NCBI GenBank assembly: GCA_964435355.1
Contig: CAYSYL010000004.1
Span: 1 to 34,019, forward strand
Source: an uncultured Candidatus Peribacteria bacterium
GTDB lineage: Bacteria > Patescibacteriota > Gracilibacteria > UBA1369
Direction: 5' to 3'
Length of the DNA: 34,019 nt
Under the pieces are notes generated by a model. The model was not told where the DNA came from. It did no database searches and saw nothing but the letters and a program-made list of their open reading frames with translations. Position 1 is the first letter of the stretch. Each line of letters opens with the position of its first letter. Of this stretch, positions 33,737 to 34,019 are shown piece after piece. The translations under genes were made by a program, and so were the position numbers.

Positions 33737-34019
33737 TAGTCTTTCCTTTCTTTCCAGATGAATTCCATTTAAAAAAGATTGCAACCAGGCATTTGTATTT
33801 TGATAAAAAATCTAAAGAAAGCTCGACAAACGTCATTAAACCCAAATACAAACTTGCCGGTATCAATGATGTTTTAACTGATATAAGCGGAGTATATCGC
33901 TTTTTTGTTGGAACATCTGAAAAAACGTCATGCCAAAAAGAATTAACCTTGGTGGTTCAGCCTGATCACTGGGAAGATATTGAGGGAAGCCATGTATCTA
34001 CTATTGGCACTGCAAATGG
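33733..34019 (+). CDS. Unknown ORF translationally coupled to the Panacea gene (candidate toxin; partial, runs off window)
   Basis: ATG 33733 overlaps the upstream TGA (ATGA). Hand translation gives MIVFPFFPDEFHLKKIATRHLYFDKKSKESSTNVIKPKYKLAGINDVLTDISGVYRFFVGTSEKTSCQKELTLVVQPDHWEDIEGSHVSTIGTANG..., which stays open to the window end. No motif recognised. Confidence 0.45.
   Translation, partial: MIVFPFFPDEFHLKKIATRHLYFDKKSKESSTNVIKPKYKLAGINDVLTDISGVYRFFVGTSEKTSCQKELTLVVQPDHWEDIEGSHVSTIGTAN

Larger units (their letters stand above)
31479..34019. mobile_element. Remnant of an integrated element / accessory islet adjacent to tRNA-Arg (right end beyond window)
   Basis: It starts at a tRNA 3' end and contains a degraded serine recombinase plus toxin-antitoxin/defence-like ORFs. 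By eye it is more AT-rich than the housekeeping region to the left. No second att-like copy of the tRNA 3' end was seen inside the window. Confidence 0.5.

Noticed and set aside
1-34019. Alternative genetic code (UGA or UAG reassignment)
   Set aside because: Conserved genes end cleanly at each stop codon: TGA for the adaptor and nadA, TAG for trxB, and TAA for the peroxiredoxin and the permease. They have no internal stops. The single in-frame TAG at 17102 is an isolated case.

Overview
This is a gene-dense 34-kb stretch of a low-GC bacterial chromosome using the standard genetic code; TAA, TAG and TGA all terminate well-conserved genes. Most of the window is housekeeping. From the left:
- a YknXYZ/MacAB-type efflux operon: a long coiled-coil membrane-fusion protein, an ATPase and two tandem FtsX permeases;
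- a peroxiredoxin plus thioredoxin reductase pair;
- an LCP-family wall-polymer ligase whose reading frame breaks at an A10 tract;
- two SLH-domain envelope proteins;
- rsmE, nadA and an SPFH/prohibitin protein;
- three rRNA methyltransferases (RlmI/K-like, rlmH, rlmD);
- tRNA-Gly(CCC);
- an hsp20 gene with a CIRCE operator inside a consensus promoter;
- yajQ, lon, a nicotinamidase-like protein and an anchored SNase-type nuclease;
- class II B12-dependent ribonucleotide reductase (nrdJ) with an NrdR box;
- an inositol monophosphatase and tRNA-Arg(GCG).

To the right of tRNA-Arg the sequence looks more AT-rich and the content turns accessory. It holds a 5'-truncated large serine recombinase, a HEPN-like ORF, and a Panacea (DUF4065) antitoxin-like gene translationally coupled to an unknown ORF that runs off the window.

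The signals least explained by gene annotation are:
- an array of 14 degenerate 21-bp tandem repeats in exact register (25689-25982);
- a 129-bp nested palindrome plus an intrinsic terminator directly ahead of nadA;
- two ORF pairs that would each be fused by one extra A in a poly(A) run;
- one ORF pair separated only by an in-frame TAG.

No rRNA genes, CRISPR arrays or intact transposases were seen. The lineage cannot be assigned from this window. SLH, LCP, CIRCE and NrdR together indicate a bacterium, probably with a Gram-positive-like envelope polymer system.
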